Position numbers and translations under genes: made by a program
Notes under the pieces: model-generated
Told to the model about the DNA's origin: nothing
What the model saw: only the letters and a program-made list of their open reading frames with translations
The model's database searches: none
Origin: Hormiphora californensis
Lineage: Eukaryota; Animalia; Ctenophora
Direction of reading: 5' to 3'
Assembly (NCBI GenBank): GCA_020137815.1
Contig: CM035360.1
Span: 5,084,001-5,148,000, forward strand
DNA length: 64,000 bases
Shown: positions 30,201-44,433 of the stretch, piece after piece
Numbering within the stretch: the stretch's first letter is position 1
Layout of the letters: each line of letters begins with the position of its first letter

Positions 30201-31155
30201 ATCCCTATACCCAGCCGGAGAATAGCTAAATTGAGCTTGCTCAATATATATGTGTGTGTTTACCAGCTCCCCTGCAAATTACACGGATCGCTTCCCCAGC
30301 AGGTACTTAGCTACTGAGATAAACCGTACACCTGCCCTTAATTAGCCATGACTTTATTCCGAAGGTCTTTTTTCTAGAGAATCAATGCAGGAAAATTCTG
30401 TACCAAGACCAAATTATGACCCTTGATTCGATTGAAGCGGCCTATAACTAATCAAGGCGTGTATGTTTGAGTGATGCAGTCACCCTAGATAGAGAGTGGG
30501 AGCTGAGGGGCGGGAACACAAGCAAAAATGTTTCATCAAATTAACAGCCGTCCCTCCCTACCCTTAAAGGCTATCGCTGAGCTGCTCCAGTTATTTCTAG
30601 CAATCGACCTTACACTCGAGCCTTCAATACGACGTCCATTATAGCCTTTAGGTTTAATTCATAGTCTTTAGGTTTAATTCATAGCCTTTAGGTTTAATCG
30701 CAGTCGTCATACATTTGAAAAATCTTACTAACTGTATTGAATATCAAAGTACAGCACGCTGCCTAAATAGGTTGTACCACCCATAATCCATATACGGCTT
30801 CCCAAGCAGTTTTAACACCACCATCCGTGCACTGTCTGGCACGCCATTCGAGAACGGCCTGGACAGTCCGTGCACACATGTCGTTGGAATGTTGTCTAGA
30901 CCCTCCTAGAGGTATGCCGCGGCATGAAATGTTCAACATCAGGAAATCCACCTTCTATTCATTATTCCAGAGCGCGCATAATAGCTTATATATGTAGGTA
31001 GGCTCTCTATTTACTATATATACCTTTATATTAGTTGTATATTGCCGTTCATTTTTCTGCTTATCCCCCCCCTGAGTGCTGTTTGGTAGAAATCGTTTAG
31101 CGATCTAGGCTAATATTCTTCATGTTGATAGCATGAGTTTTACCCCGAATATTCA

Positions 31156-31203
<48 letters not shown>

Positions 31204-31309
31204 ACTTTATGTGCAGAGCAGGGTTATATATTGCATACAGGGTGACGCAGTAAAGGTAGTGCAGCTGTTGGTGGTCGCATCTTTGTCTACCAGTGCTTAT
31301 TCTTCACAG

Positions 31310-31362
<53 letters not shown>

Positions 31363-31642
31363 TCATTGGGATTACAGGCAGGGAAAGTTACTCTTAGCTA
31401 GACCACAAGCCTACAGACACTGATTGCCGTAACTTACTACTAGTCGAGTCTAGCAGTCTAGCACTAAGTCATGGCGACTTAGTGACATGACCTCGTGCAC
31501 GCCTTCTAACTTTTCCTCTCTAACTCTGAGGTGAAGTGAGGGAAATTTGTGTCGGGATCATTCAAAGGGGGAGTTCTAGATTCTCTGGTCCAATGATGTC
31601 AACTGCTGCAATTGTCGGCAGCACCTTTTGTGCTGCTGCGTG

Positions 31643-32042
31643 GAAATTCAAAGATCAGAGAATAAATTATTTATTTTCCCTCAGTTCGAATGAATTGTTC
31701 ATTCTATTTTTTTTGTTGCATGAAAGTAGAAGAGATCGAGAATGATTTAGCAGGTGGAGTGAATTTTGTAAGAATTTCACGTCTCACGATGTATGGTTGT
31801 AAATTTCTGGAGACAACACCAAAATTATATGCATGGTTCCTGGAGTTGTTGCTGGGTAGAAATTCAAAGAGAAAATAAATTATTTAATATTTATTTTCCC
31901 TTGCAGTTTGAATGAATTGTTCATACTATTTTTTATGTTGCATGAATGATTTAGCAGGTGGAGTGAATTTTGTAAGAATTTCACGTCCCACGATGTATGG
32001 TTGTAAATTTCTGAAGACACCATATGCCTGGTTCCTGGAGTT
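31643..32042 (+). repeat. Imperfect ~200-bp tandem duplication
   Basis: 31643-31847 resembles 31859-32042. Confidence 0.8.
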
Positions 32043-32160
32043 CGAATTTATATGTAGCCTTTGCATCGATATAAAGTGCATTATGACAGAACTTTGCAGT
32101 AGACTTGTGTGGCTTTATATCACTCGGAGGATGTTGGAAAAATGAGGAGACCGAGATCCA

Positions 32161-32174
32161 GAGGGAGAGAGAGA

Positions 32175-32250
<76 letters not shown>
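32161..32250. repeat. (AG)n microsatellite
   Basis: Dinucleotide run. Confidence 0.9.
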
Positions 32251-32253
<3 letters not shown>

Positions 32254-34390
32254 AGAGACTGAGGTGCGAGAGATGACGAGAGTACTCGAAGGGGAGATGA
32301 GACTGAAAGCAGAAGAGAGCCAGCACGAGCATAGAGGCAGAGTCTGACGACGAGATGCCTGACGACATGAGGGTCTTATAGTTCTCCCTAATGACCCAGA
32401 GCTCATAGCCTGAGAGGTGTGGATATGACCTGCTGAGACTGCCATGTGTGGGAGGAGCGATCGAGCAGAGAGACGTGAGCGAGAGAGAGAGGCGACAGTA
32501 CGAGCTTGGGCTCCGGTAGGATAGAGGACAATGACGAGATGCTATGGAATGATATTTCGACTTCTCATCATCTACAAGCCTATATAGTGGTCGGTATCGC
32601 GGTTCAGAGGGTAAGGTTTGTTCAGCATTGCACAGTAGGACGAGTCAGGCAAGTTAGATGAGATTGTCATTGAGATAATTATTTTATATCCCTGATTTTG
32701 AGTCGAGAGAGACTCCGTAGAATAGAATAAGTTCGCTGTGGAGGACGGTTGTAGAGATGGGGGGAGAAGGAAGGTCAGCAGAAGTAGTCCTCCTCAATCA
32801 GTTATACGTACACGTGAAGGAGGTCAGCATGCAATGTTAAGGCTAGAGTATCATAAGAGTACGTTGAGTCAGCTGTCAATGTAGTGCACTCGCCCAATCA
32901 TGGCACACAACAGCTGAACCAGACTAGTCAATCGTCTCGACGTATCATATATATATCTCGATCGTCTGATCAAATATTCATTCAAGACAATATTATAGAG
33001 GGATATATTGCTAGGAGAGATCTAGTTCCTGATCATTGTGATTCATCTTTTTTTTGATAGTGCCTGCCTGGTCAATAATCGAGAGGGACAGTACTAAAAG
33101 TAATTTTGATAGTTTTGTAGGTTGATGATCTTTGTAGACATTTAACTTTGACGATCGTATTATTTGACGTATCTATCAAATCAACTGATCCATTAGCATC
33201 GTGACATCTAACCCCACTTTATCAATGTCATATACCCATCTCCCCCACTAGATCTTTATAGCATGGTCGCATAATAAAAGCTACAAAATGCAGTTAGCTG
33301 TGTGCAATAGCCTTGATCTGCAATGTATGCTCATTGCTCTCCCTGCTGCACACGAATGATATATTTATTATATCTCTGGGAATAAATATTAAATCCCACA
33401 AATATTTTGTATATCTCTCCATCTTTCTCTTTTTTAAGCCTTTTTCCCTCTCCATCTCCTCCCATCACTATAGCTCCCCTGCAGCTCCCATGGCTTCATA
33501 TCGATACTGCCCCCGGCACCTTGCATGTTCCGCCCCCAATTGATTGATCACTTGCTCTTCATTATGAAACAGGGTGAGAGAGAGAGATAGAGAGAGAGGG
33601 GGGGGGAGAGATAGAAAGATAAAGATTAGATACTGTAGATTGATATGGAGAGGGAGAGAGAGAGAGAGAGAGAGAGTACATGAGTGATGATCGAAGGTCG
33701 AAGGAGATTGAGAAGAGCTATGGGAGGGACCTCATATCATAGCTAGGTAAAGATAGAAAGGTAGAGAGGTAGGGAGAGAGGGATAGAAAGGAAGGTAGAG
33801 AGGGAGGGATAGAGATCAGAGAGAGGAAGATATAGAAACGAAGAGAGAAGGAGATAAGAGAGATAAAAAGAATCTCTGCTATGACATCACTGATTCAGAT
33901 TGCATCAAAATTTTCATACTAATCTCAGCCTGTGCTGCATCTTCAAACGTACACAATGCAGTATTAATACTACACAATGCAGTATTAATACTAGTAGTAC
34001 GCACTACCATTGTTTGGCTCACACCGTCATTTTATTTCATAAAATGAACGCACTCTGTGAGGTTTCGGTAGATCAACACAAATCACAATCAGTAGACAGT
34101 TTCAACTTGATTGACTCTATAACTAACCCCCTTTCTGTGAAGTTGGCAGTTCAATTGATATTATGATCTTAGCGATATTATACCTCGAGCATCTATCTTT
34201 TTTCCTAAGAACTTGCCTGTGAAATTAATTTTATTTTTGACGCATCTCGGTTTCAATTTGAAGGCAATTTCTTTCGAGGTCACACACTCCATAGTTTCCT
34301 CAGCTCATCGAGTACTATAGTAGGTCGAGTAGTGAGGGGGCTTACGGGTCTGTACATTACTATTGGTAAATGATGAGAGAGAGAGAGGGG

Positions 34391-34422
<32 letters not shown>

Positions 34423-36296
34423 GGGGAGAGAGAGAGAGAGAGAGATAGATAGAGAGAGAGAGAGAAAGAGATAGGGGTGCAGGACACACACATGTGTGAT
34501 GATTAATCATAAAACTTATACCAAATGCAGCTCCGAGCGTAGTGCACTGCTGCACCACATCGGCACATCGTTATCATCACAGATATTAGAATATGCACTA
34601 ATTTTAGTTTTTTACTAGATTGTTTCATGGGTACGGTACGGCGTACGGTGTGAGCCACACAATTATTTATCTAGATTTATTAGATTTAATCCATTCAAAA
34701 AGTATCTTCAACGCGAACGTGATGACAAATTTATTGGGTAAATTAATACGTGCTTACAGTTTGCTCTAACTTGTTACAGCTAGTATTTACCACATTTTAC
34801 ATTTTCTCTTTCACAGAAATTAGTTTCGTCTTTGAATATTTTTCAGCGGTATTTAGAGGAAACTAGCTTCTCTTTTAGCGACATAATAATCTCGACTGCA
34901 ACAGATCATTCGTCCTGCAGTTTTTATCTCAAACCCATTCTTTGTTATGTTCTAACTCTCATTTAGATTTGCGGGGCACAGAGAGGGAGGGTCCAACAAG
35001 GCAACCCATTCTCTCCCCTCTCAACCCATCCTCTCCCCTCTCTTTCATCCCGAAACCCTTCTATCCAACATCTTCTTGTTGTATTACACCAGCTTTCTCC
35101 ACTATTTCTACTGATCATGTGTTGTAGCTTTATAAGGTGTGTGTTATACGTGACTATATAACTTTGTTGATTACACTTGAGTAATTCTCCTTAGTGGCCG
35201 CTGGATCATGATCAGTGATAGAGTCACGGTCTAATAGATACCATCAGATATATCGGAACTCTTAACATTGGCTCTAAACCTACTATTGAGATCATGGCTA
35301 ATGGTTTTCCATTCTTCCGAAATGCACTTTGAGATTATTCTTTTTATTTCTCTGCCCGGCTGACTGCATTCACCCAGATATCTGGATCTGCAGATGGCAT
35401 AGTAGTGCTAGAAATTAGGGAATAGAAAGTTGTACATACATGCTAGTAAAATTGTAGTATCGATATATTCGATGGCCGTGGTAACATCCGCAATAAGTAC
35501 ACGTATATTACACATGTTCCTCAGCTTCATGAAATACTTCAGGTGTGTGGGTGTGAATAATGAATTCACACTTTACTTCTCAGTATATTATATGTGTTCG
35601 CTGCGGTTCTGCACTGTAGGTAGAGTGTAGCAATTCCTCAATAAAATATGGCGTATGGCAGCTCAGGCTGCTAAGAACTAATTTCACTTTCTTACTGTGG
35701 CTATGACAATTAATTTAACTTGTTATTTTATATTTTTTCACATACTAAATTATGCATATCGCATGATTGTTCACACGTGTGTGATGTGTGTCTCTCTCCC
35801 TTTCTTAAAACTGCCGCACTGATGTAATGTCAGTTATTTGATTGCTATCTGATGGCGTGCTGAAAAACCTGTACAAGTACACCATGTACATCTGCCTGTG
35901 TACATAAGAACTGCTCTGAAGTTCAAATGAGCAGCCCTACTTTGAATTAAGTTATTTTTTTAAGCCGTATACTGGTACATCTGATCTCTTGTACGTGAAA
36001 ACAACAATAAAACTCTTAGTTCAGTACGGCTATTTTGGGCCCTCTCCCCATCTCTCTCCCTCTCTATTGCCTTCCCCTATAACCTCTTAGTCACTCTTAC
36101 CTCCTATAACATGGGTGTCCACCTTTTAGCACTTTCAATATATAATGCCCATGTTCTCTGCTTATGTTTAGTTTCGGTTTATCGGTGAGAGACTGCATAG
36201 CATCTGACGAGAAAGATATAGAGTTCCTGTACCCTAGTAAAGAGCTACTATAACTGCAGCATCAGAACGAGTGCCCATACCCTCAGTTAAAAAGCT

Positions 36297-37483
36297 ATGG
36301 TTTACAATGATTCTGATGTTCCTATCTATGACCGGTATGTGATTTCTGATTCCTCACCGTCTATAATCTTGAGCTAACCTACCCGTGAAACAGAGGGCCG
36401 ATCACGGGCAAAGAAATTCCCGACGGCATCGCAAACTCAATAGTTTTCATGGAAATAGTTGAACGATTTCTAGTTTCCAGCTATCCCCTCTTCTTCTTTC
36501 AGGGCCCTCCGTGTATCCTCCATGTCCTTGTTTTGTGTTGTTGCTGTGGTGGGGAACCTCTTCTTCATAGTCTCCTACGCTCAGCTCCGGTGGTTACGGA
36601 CTGCACGACATGCCTATATTATCAACCTGGCGGTAGCTGATCTTATAATGGGTGAGTTGCATTGATAATATCAAGCAGAAATGATTAGTTAAGCTGGTAT
36701 GGTTTCCAGGCCCACTTTTTGCTTCTCTTGAAATCAATTGAATCCCAATCATCGTTCTCCATTCTCCAGTCATGTATTACATCCAAATCATCGTCCCAAT
36801 TGTCTACCTATCCTCTATTCCTGTATTTCTATATCATAATTCGATCTCATTTCCAGGTTGTTTTAGTATGCCAATGACTATAGGATCACTGCTAAGGAAG
36901 GAATGGATTTTCGCGGGAACCTTCGGGGACTCTTTTACCTGCGAACTATCGGCCTTCCTTGATAATACAATGATAGGTAACTCAAGCTTAGTTGTAGAAT
37001 CTCAGTTCATGTAACAGCTCCTTTTTGCAAACATATTATCTGTATCACATCTTCCTGAGACCCATTGTACTTTTAAGTTAAACCATAGCTGAGCGGTCGA
37101 CGGTCGTCAGTACGGTTAAGTTTTTCTTGCCTTTTGTCTCTTGATAAAAGTGGGTGGGGCACCGCTGAGAGAAAAGAAGAGGTTGAGATAGATATTAGAC
37201 AAAGAGAGGAGTAAAAGAGCTAGAAAGATATTATTCAGAATTAATGCTCATTTGATTGTGTAACATTTACATTATAATACCTCTCCCAAGTGGGGTAGAC
37301 CCGGCTAATTCTGGCGAGTAGGTTATAAAAGTCGCAATTCTGTGTGTAGTGAGAGAGAGAGGGAGTGGGAGAGAGAGAATTATGGTAGCATGTTAGTCCA
37401 GTGCAGTGCAGTGCGGGGCCACAGCTGGATTAGTCTTCTTCGTCTGTCTGAGTACCTGACCCTCTTTACTTCTCTCCCCCCCC

Positions 37484-37552
<69 letters not shown>

Positions 37553-40500
37553 ATCCTCTCTCTCTCTCCTTCCTCCTGCACCACTTGGATATATAGCTAC
37601 TAAGCTAGTCGTTATAATCAATGAGATTGGAAGTGGCAATGCATAGATGGGTAATCACTGTGTGTTAGACCTCGATCTTGCAATCTGATAACGAAGAAGT
37701 ATATATTACAGTGTGTGCAAGAGCTTCTATTTGGAATCTATAAATTGTGCACTGCCATTTGAAATTAAAAGGTGGCTTGGCTAACTAATTCAAATCTAAA
37801 ACTAATTTTTCAACAATTTAAAAAAGCATTACAATTCATCATCAGTATTATATCACAATTCCATATTATTTCACCTCTTATTTCACCTGCAGGGTGTAGT
37901 GTGTGGTTTCTGGCGCTGAGCTCCTTTGACCGTTATGTATACATTTGTAAACCTCTACACTACAACAGCATTATGACAACAAAACGAGTCAAGATATCTG
38001 CAGGTAGGCGACACAATTGTTATTTTATGTAGTCGGGTTGTGAAACGAGCTTCTTATGACTTATGACTACCTAGTCTCACCAGATAAAGTTTGACAAGAA
38101 ACTACCAAAATATGAATTATGAAGGCAGATAATTCACGAAGGGTTTTAATACTCACCCATCCTCCCTCCCCTACAGGATGTGTTTGGGTGACAGCTGTGG
38201 TGTTAGCCTCCATGCCAATACTGTGTTGGGGTGTCTACGCCTACTCAGAATTCTCCCACAACTGTGGTCTTGACTTTGGGGAAGGAATACACAGGTATTG
38301 ACATGATCCTTTCTGGGGGTGTCCTTTACTCCTTTCTGTCGCGACATAATGGGCAGGTCTCTCCGTCCAAAATTGAGATTCCAACCATATAGTGTATATG
38401 GTCAAGTTTCTGGTCGTTGCGAGGATTTTGGGAAAAGTTGGTGTTGGATTTTCCACCAAAATTTTTAAAACCTTTATTAGGACATCTTAGAGTACTTGAA
38501 TCAACATAAAATTTAGTATACTTATATAAATATGTTTAAATTAGTATACTACATGTGTTTTAGAACTTCAACTCAAATAATGTGGAGCCCAAGGCCAACG
38601 ATACTAAATGCTCTCTGGATTTTTAGGTTTTATCGGTTTAGCAGTCGGACCTTTTTAAAAATTAAGATAATTTATGAAACTAAACCGTGATTACCGATGA
38701 GTAACGATTTGCTCATAATTTGCGGAGCCAGAGCTGCTTGAAGGGGAAGCTTTTTTATTGCCCATTTGAGGAAAGATAAACATAATTTTAGCTTCTAAAA
38801 TTAATAGAACTCCTTTCCTAAATGTTAAAAATAAATATCCATGCTAAAAAAATGTACCCTGATATGCTCATATTGTGTGGAGCAGGTGTTATATTCATGG
38901 GTCCAAATTATTATTTTTAACTTCGATACTTTGCAGGTTTAATTCACGAGCAATCAAGCTAAAAATGTATGCTAAGTGGCAACAATAACATACCAGTACT
39001 TATTTTATCAGTAATTTAATCTTATGACTCAAAATTTGTGGAGCAAAACATGATTTCCCCCTCCATTTTCGCAGTATAAATTATCTCCTTGAATATTAAC
39101 AGAATAAGTTTTATTTGCATCAAAATAACGTTCATCAGACCGTAATATTACAGTACATAATAATATTGCCTAATCATGGGACTCAAATTGTGTGGAGCAA
39201 TTACACATAAAACCATGGAATACCATTAGTTACTTTGGCCTTGATAAATCGATTTATATTACAACCAATTGAGTATTTAACCAAATGTTAGTTATAATTT
39301 AACCAAGCATTAGTATAGCCTTACTCAAAATCAGGGGAGCAATGATTTTCCTCTCTGAGAATCAGAAACAGAGCATGCCATAAGGTTTTTGTGCGAATTT
39401 TGTGACTGTCTGGACACAAATACGGCTCCTTTAGGGGCGCCTCCACACAAATTGAGTAACTTTTTCTGGTTGAAATGGTAAATTGTTGGTGCCAAATTAT
39501 CTGCACAACTAATTTTTTAAATCAAGAACCGGTTTAACAGCAACTCAAACGATTCGGAGCAGTTTTTGTCAAAAAATCAGTATTTGCTCCACATATTTTG
39601 AGTTAGTATCTTCGAAATATACAAGAATCTTGCTCCACTATCGTTTTGTCAAGTTAATTCACTTATTTAAAGAAGCTACCCCTAATACTTTTTGACTTAT
39701 TACTCTATTTGGAAGTAAAACTACAGATCGGTCAACGACTGTATTTTGACTATATGGAAAAATCGGCTCCACACTAATTTGAGTAAACTTTTTGATCCAG
39801 CTGATGACTCCATGAGCTCCTAAAATGTCTCTAGAATCAAATAGTTTATAAATAAAATGTTAATTTAAAATGTAAGTAACCCCAATGAGTAAGATTTGCT
39901 ACAAAAATCGATGTGCTCCGCACAATTTGAGTTCCCGACTTTTCATTTTTAAGCAGTATAGGTAGATATAATTTGATTAAACATATACGAAAATTTCATG
40001 GAGAAAGGATGAAAAACATCTCCTCCAGAGGGGGCTCCGCACAATTTTGCTCCGCACGTGTTAAAACGGCTATAACTTTGCTTTAGAGCAAGCAATTGAG
40101 TTCTAGTTTTCATAGAAATTTAGAGTAAACAATTGTACACCGGTATAGTGGTATTATGAGTACCAGTTATCATAGGAACATATTGAAATATCTAAATGAA
40201 AATTTGTGAAAAATCCTCGCAACGACCAGAAACTTGACCATATGACGTAGTTGTTTACCGAACGTCCCGCCCAAATGTGTGTCCATAGTTAGGACTATTC
40301 TTCATCTCCTCCCAGGTATTATTTCTTGGTATACGCAGTCCTGGTTATCCTGATACCTGTTGCGTTAACCCTGGTTAACTTTATGGGGATACTGATTGAC
40401 CTCAACACATCATCCCTGGGGGATGGGAGAAAGATGCTGGAATCTAACAAGGGGGCCATTGTAAGTGGGGTATATGACGTCATATAGGATGATGACGTGA

Positions 40501-41651
40501 TAATATTGTAAGTTCAAAGTTTATCATATAATAATGACGTCATGATATCATTCCATGATGTCATTTCATGATGTGACGTCATGTAATGATTATAGGATGT
40601 AGATAAATCACTCGTTTATTTTAATCAATCTTGAATTAATCTATGATTATATATCCCCCCCCTTTCAGATGACATTGCTCGTGTTGACGTTAGCCTTTGT
40701 GGTCTGTTCCCTTCCTCTCTTCATCTCTGCAGTGATCATCTGGTTCGATCAAACTAAAGGAACCAATATGCCGCCTCAACTTAGTAAGTCTATAATTTTC
40801 TACTCAGCAAATAGTCCCTACAAAGTTAGATGAATATTAATTTTTAAGTAAGGTAACATCGTTTGTTATATCAAATATTTTAGATCCATGATCTCTTCAA
40901 TCTAAATATCCATTATCCCAGGTTTCTCTACGAAAAGATCTAAATATCCATTATCCCAGGTTTGGCGTTCCATTGGATGCTCTACCTGAATAGCGGAGTG
41001 AATCCTCTACTGTACGGGCTACTAAACCCTAAACTCCGGGACCATTATACTGGGTTGTTGTCGTGTAGAGACAAAACTAAACTAACCATGGTGAGTAGGG
41101 TTTAAAGGTTTTCTGTTTATAGGTTCAGACATTGGTTGGTGAAAAATACAACTTTATTATTTGTATTCGATAAGGAGTTTGTTTGTGTGTCAGAATGAAT
41201 TTTATATTTATATGTGACTACTGGAAGTGGTAGTAATCTAGAGTTGACAAATTACTTATAGCTCCTGTAATCAAAACAGGATGGAAATCACATACCAATA
41301 TATCAATATACCAAGCCTTGGCCAATGGCCATGGCCTTCTTATCTCTCTCTTTCTCTCTCACTTTCTTTCTCTCTCACCCCTCCCGCAGTCCCCCTCCCA
41401 TCTCTCTCTATCATCTATCTGTCCATCTGTCTATTTTTTTCCGGCCTACCCATCCTCATTCCCCAGCTCTATTTCTCTGAACCAATTCTCCCCAGGTAAA
41501 CAACAGTGGCGGAAAGAGGCCACATGTCCCCCGGAGCCCTGCTCTCTCTGCTCGAAACTCCCCGGTTATGCAGGCAGTCAGTTACTGTGGGAACAATAGA
41601 AGTGCCACACATAACAAGGTCGGAGCAGCGGTTATCGCCGATGTGGGATGA
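36297..41651 (+). CDS. Class A GPCR with aminergic-receptor fingerprint (GPCR-1), ~360 aa, 9 exons
   Basis: Exons 36297-36334, 36503-36651, 36857-36976, 37893-38003, 38177-38294, 40316-40460, 40669-40783, 40960-41090, 41496-41651. Motifs: GNL, NLAVADL, CELSAFLDN, FDRYVYICKPLHY, FVVCSLP, WMLYLNSGVNPLLYG. Confidence 0.92.
38400..40239. mobile_element. 1.84-kb non-autonomous DNA transposon in GPCR-1 intron 5 (ATAT or TA target; Sola1-like possible)
   Basis: ATAT-GGTCAAGTTTCTGGTCGTTGCGAGGATTT...AAATCCTCGCAACGACCAGAAACTTGACC-ATAT. ACTCAAA-N-TGTGGAGC repeats in the left arm are inverted in the right arm. Confidence 0.88.
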
Positions 41652-43649
41652 AGGAGTACTGATATGGCAGTAGTATTATGTACCATGGTAGTACTGAGCA
41701 GTAGAACACATGGATATGACACATGCCTTTCGGACGATATAATTGAAAGACTGATTTATTAATAGAAGTTAGGATTTGGGTTTCTTTATACACCACATTA
41801 TTGCCCGGTGACCCATCCTTTAATTTATAGTAGCCAGCTAAACAAAAACTGAGAGTTTAAATAATCTAATCAATAGTTCATTTATTATAAAATACATTCT
41901 TAACCCCTTTAAAAAACGTGTTTCATGTCTTCTGATTTACACCCCTCTTTTTGTCTGGAAACCAAAAATATATGAAGCCTGACCGGGGACGTACCTAACC
42001 CCTCTTATTACCGACCCCCCCCAAAGTTTTTTTCCTCTGATCATCATTAAAAAACCCCCCCCTTTAAAACAACAATCTAAACACGGGTTTTTTTTTTTGG
42101 GGTACTATAATTATAACCTCCCCTTTTTGCCCCGGGTTTAATATTTTCTCCTACTCTGTGAGGGCCTTCTCCAACTGGACCCGTATTAAACAAGTGTTAC
42201 CGTTTACAAGGGCCTAAAAAACTTCTTTCTTTGAGTAAGGGGAAAAGTTTTTTTTTCCCCCCTCCCCCTCGCTAAATCTTTTTCTCCTTGACCCTGCAGC
42301 ATTTTATTGTTTTCGTGTCTTTGTCACACTTGTATTTAATGGCACATTTGACAAATTTAACATTACAAATTTTTTACCAACATTTTCGACTTGAAAGTAT
42401 GAATAAAAAAAGGGATATACCTTTTGCTCTTCTTAGTTTTCCACCCTGACCTAGGGGAAGAAAATTTCAAAAAAAAAAAATTTAGGCTGTGAAGAGTTGT
42501 ACATTTGGAGAAAAAATCTGCACGTATTCCCTTTTCCTTTTTCCCCAAAAACAAATTTAAAGAAAGTTCTACCCCCCGGGCTGGAAAAAAGTGCAACCAT
42601 CAGTTTTTTGCATTTGTCTGCTGTACGTTTGGGGCGTGTGCATTTTCTAATCGTAGAAGTTCCAAATTTGGGGCCCCAAAAAGACTTTTACGCTTTTTTT
42701 TTACATAACCGGGATTTTTTTGTCTACAAAGAGTGGAATAAATTTTGCAAAATTAAATTTTCCCCCTCGAAAGTTTCCTTGAAAATAAAACTTCTAAGCT
42801 GACTGTCTCAAATAATTTACCTCAGAGATTTAAAAAGATTTCCCAAAAATTTAGGCCGGGCAAGGTCTTTGTAAGCCCTATTATTTAAATGACTCAGCTT
42901 TCCTATCCTATATCCACTATATTTATCCGGGGATCGAATAAAGGACCTGACCTAAATTGTAAAAAAACCAGCCTCGCGGTGTATGACAATCACATTTTTT
43001 AAAAACATATGCAAATACATCAATTGAGATTGCCCACATCTTATCTTTCCTTTGGGTTTTTTCCCGTATTGGGGTATCCTACCCTTCGGCTACCCCCGGG
43101 TTTAAAACCGCAGTAAAAACCCATTGAACTCTTTTTTAATTCCATCAAAATGTAACCTATCTGTACATTTACAAATTTTAAAACGCAAAACGACGTTTTG
43201 CCCTCCCAAATCGCCCCTAAGACAACTCCCTATTTTTTTGTATTTTAAAAAAAAACTCACCCAAATTCTTTTTTTGATATGGGCTGTCAATAAAAACCTT
43301 TCCCTTTTTTCAAAAAAACCCCAGCTGCTTTTTTCCCCCCCTTTTCCCTTTTCCCACCCTTTTTTTTTCTCCCCTTTCTCTTTCCCCCGAAATTTTCTCT
43401 CTGTGGTTTTGGGCCCCAATTTTCTTTTTTTTTCCTTTCTTTCTTCCCCCACCCTTTTCCCCTCCCCCAACCCCCCTTTCCGTTTTTCTTCTTTTCTTCT
43501 TTTCTCCCCGCTTTTTTTTTTTTTTTGGAACAGCAGGGGGTTGGGGGTAGCCGGTGTGACCTTTTTACCCTCAGGGCCCTCCCCCTGTCTTTCTCCCCTT
43601 TTCTTATCCCCACTAGGTCACACCTTTACAAAAAAAAATTTACAACATT

Positions 43650-43749
43650 NNNNNNNNNNNNNNNNNNNNNNNNNNNNNNNNNNNNNNNNNNNNNNNNNNN
43701 NNNNNNNNNNNNNNNNNNNNNNNNNNNNNNNNNNNNNNNNNNNNNNNNN
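43650..43749. other. Assembly gap (100 N) with low-quality flanks
   Basis: N run; flanks dominated by inflated homopolymers. Confidence 0.99.
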
Positions 43750-44433
43750 TTTTTTCCCCCCGAAAATTCCCCTTTTTTGCCCTTTTAAAGTTTTTCCCCC
43801 CAACTCCCACTCTTTTTGGTTCCCCCAAAAATTTTTTTCCCCGGGTTTTCCGCAAATTTTTTGGGTTTTTTCAAAATTTATTTTTTAACCAAAGTGGGGG
43901 AAAATTATAATTTTTAAAACAAAAGCCCCAAGTTGATTGCCCCCCCCATTTTTTTTAAAAAGGGGCTTTAAAAAATTTTTTTGGAAAAAACCCCCCCTTT
44001 TTTTTTTTTTTTTTCCCCCCCCCCTTTTCCCTTTTTTTTTTTCCCCCCCCTTTTTCCTTTTTTTACCCCCTTTCCCTCCCTATTTTTTTTTTTTTTTCCC
44101 CCTTTCCCCCCCTTTTTCCTCCTTTTTTTTTTTTTCCCCCCCCCTTTTTCCCCCCCCCCCCCCCTTTTCCTTTAACCCCCCCCCCCCCCCTTTTTTTCCC
44201 CCAAAAAACCCCCCCCTTTTTCCCCCCCCCTTTTTTTTTTTTTTTTTTTTTTCTCTCTTTTTCTCCTCTCTTTTCCCCCCCCTTTCTTTCCTTTTTTTCC
44301 CCCTTTTTTCTCCCCCTTCTCTCTCTCTCTTTCCTTTTTCTCTTCCCCCTTTTATTCTTCCTCCTCTCCCCCTTCTCCCCTTTTGTTTGGAAATTTTTAA
44401 ATTTACAGATAATATTATTCATTTCCCTACATA

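Noticed and set aside
30763-30951. 62-aa minus-strand ORF
   Set aside because: No ATG start, no recognisable motif, no supporting exon partners.
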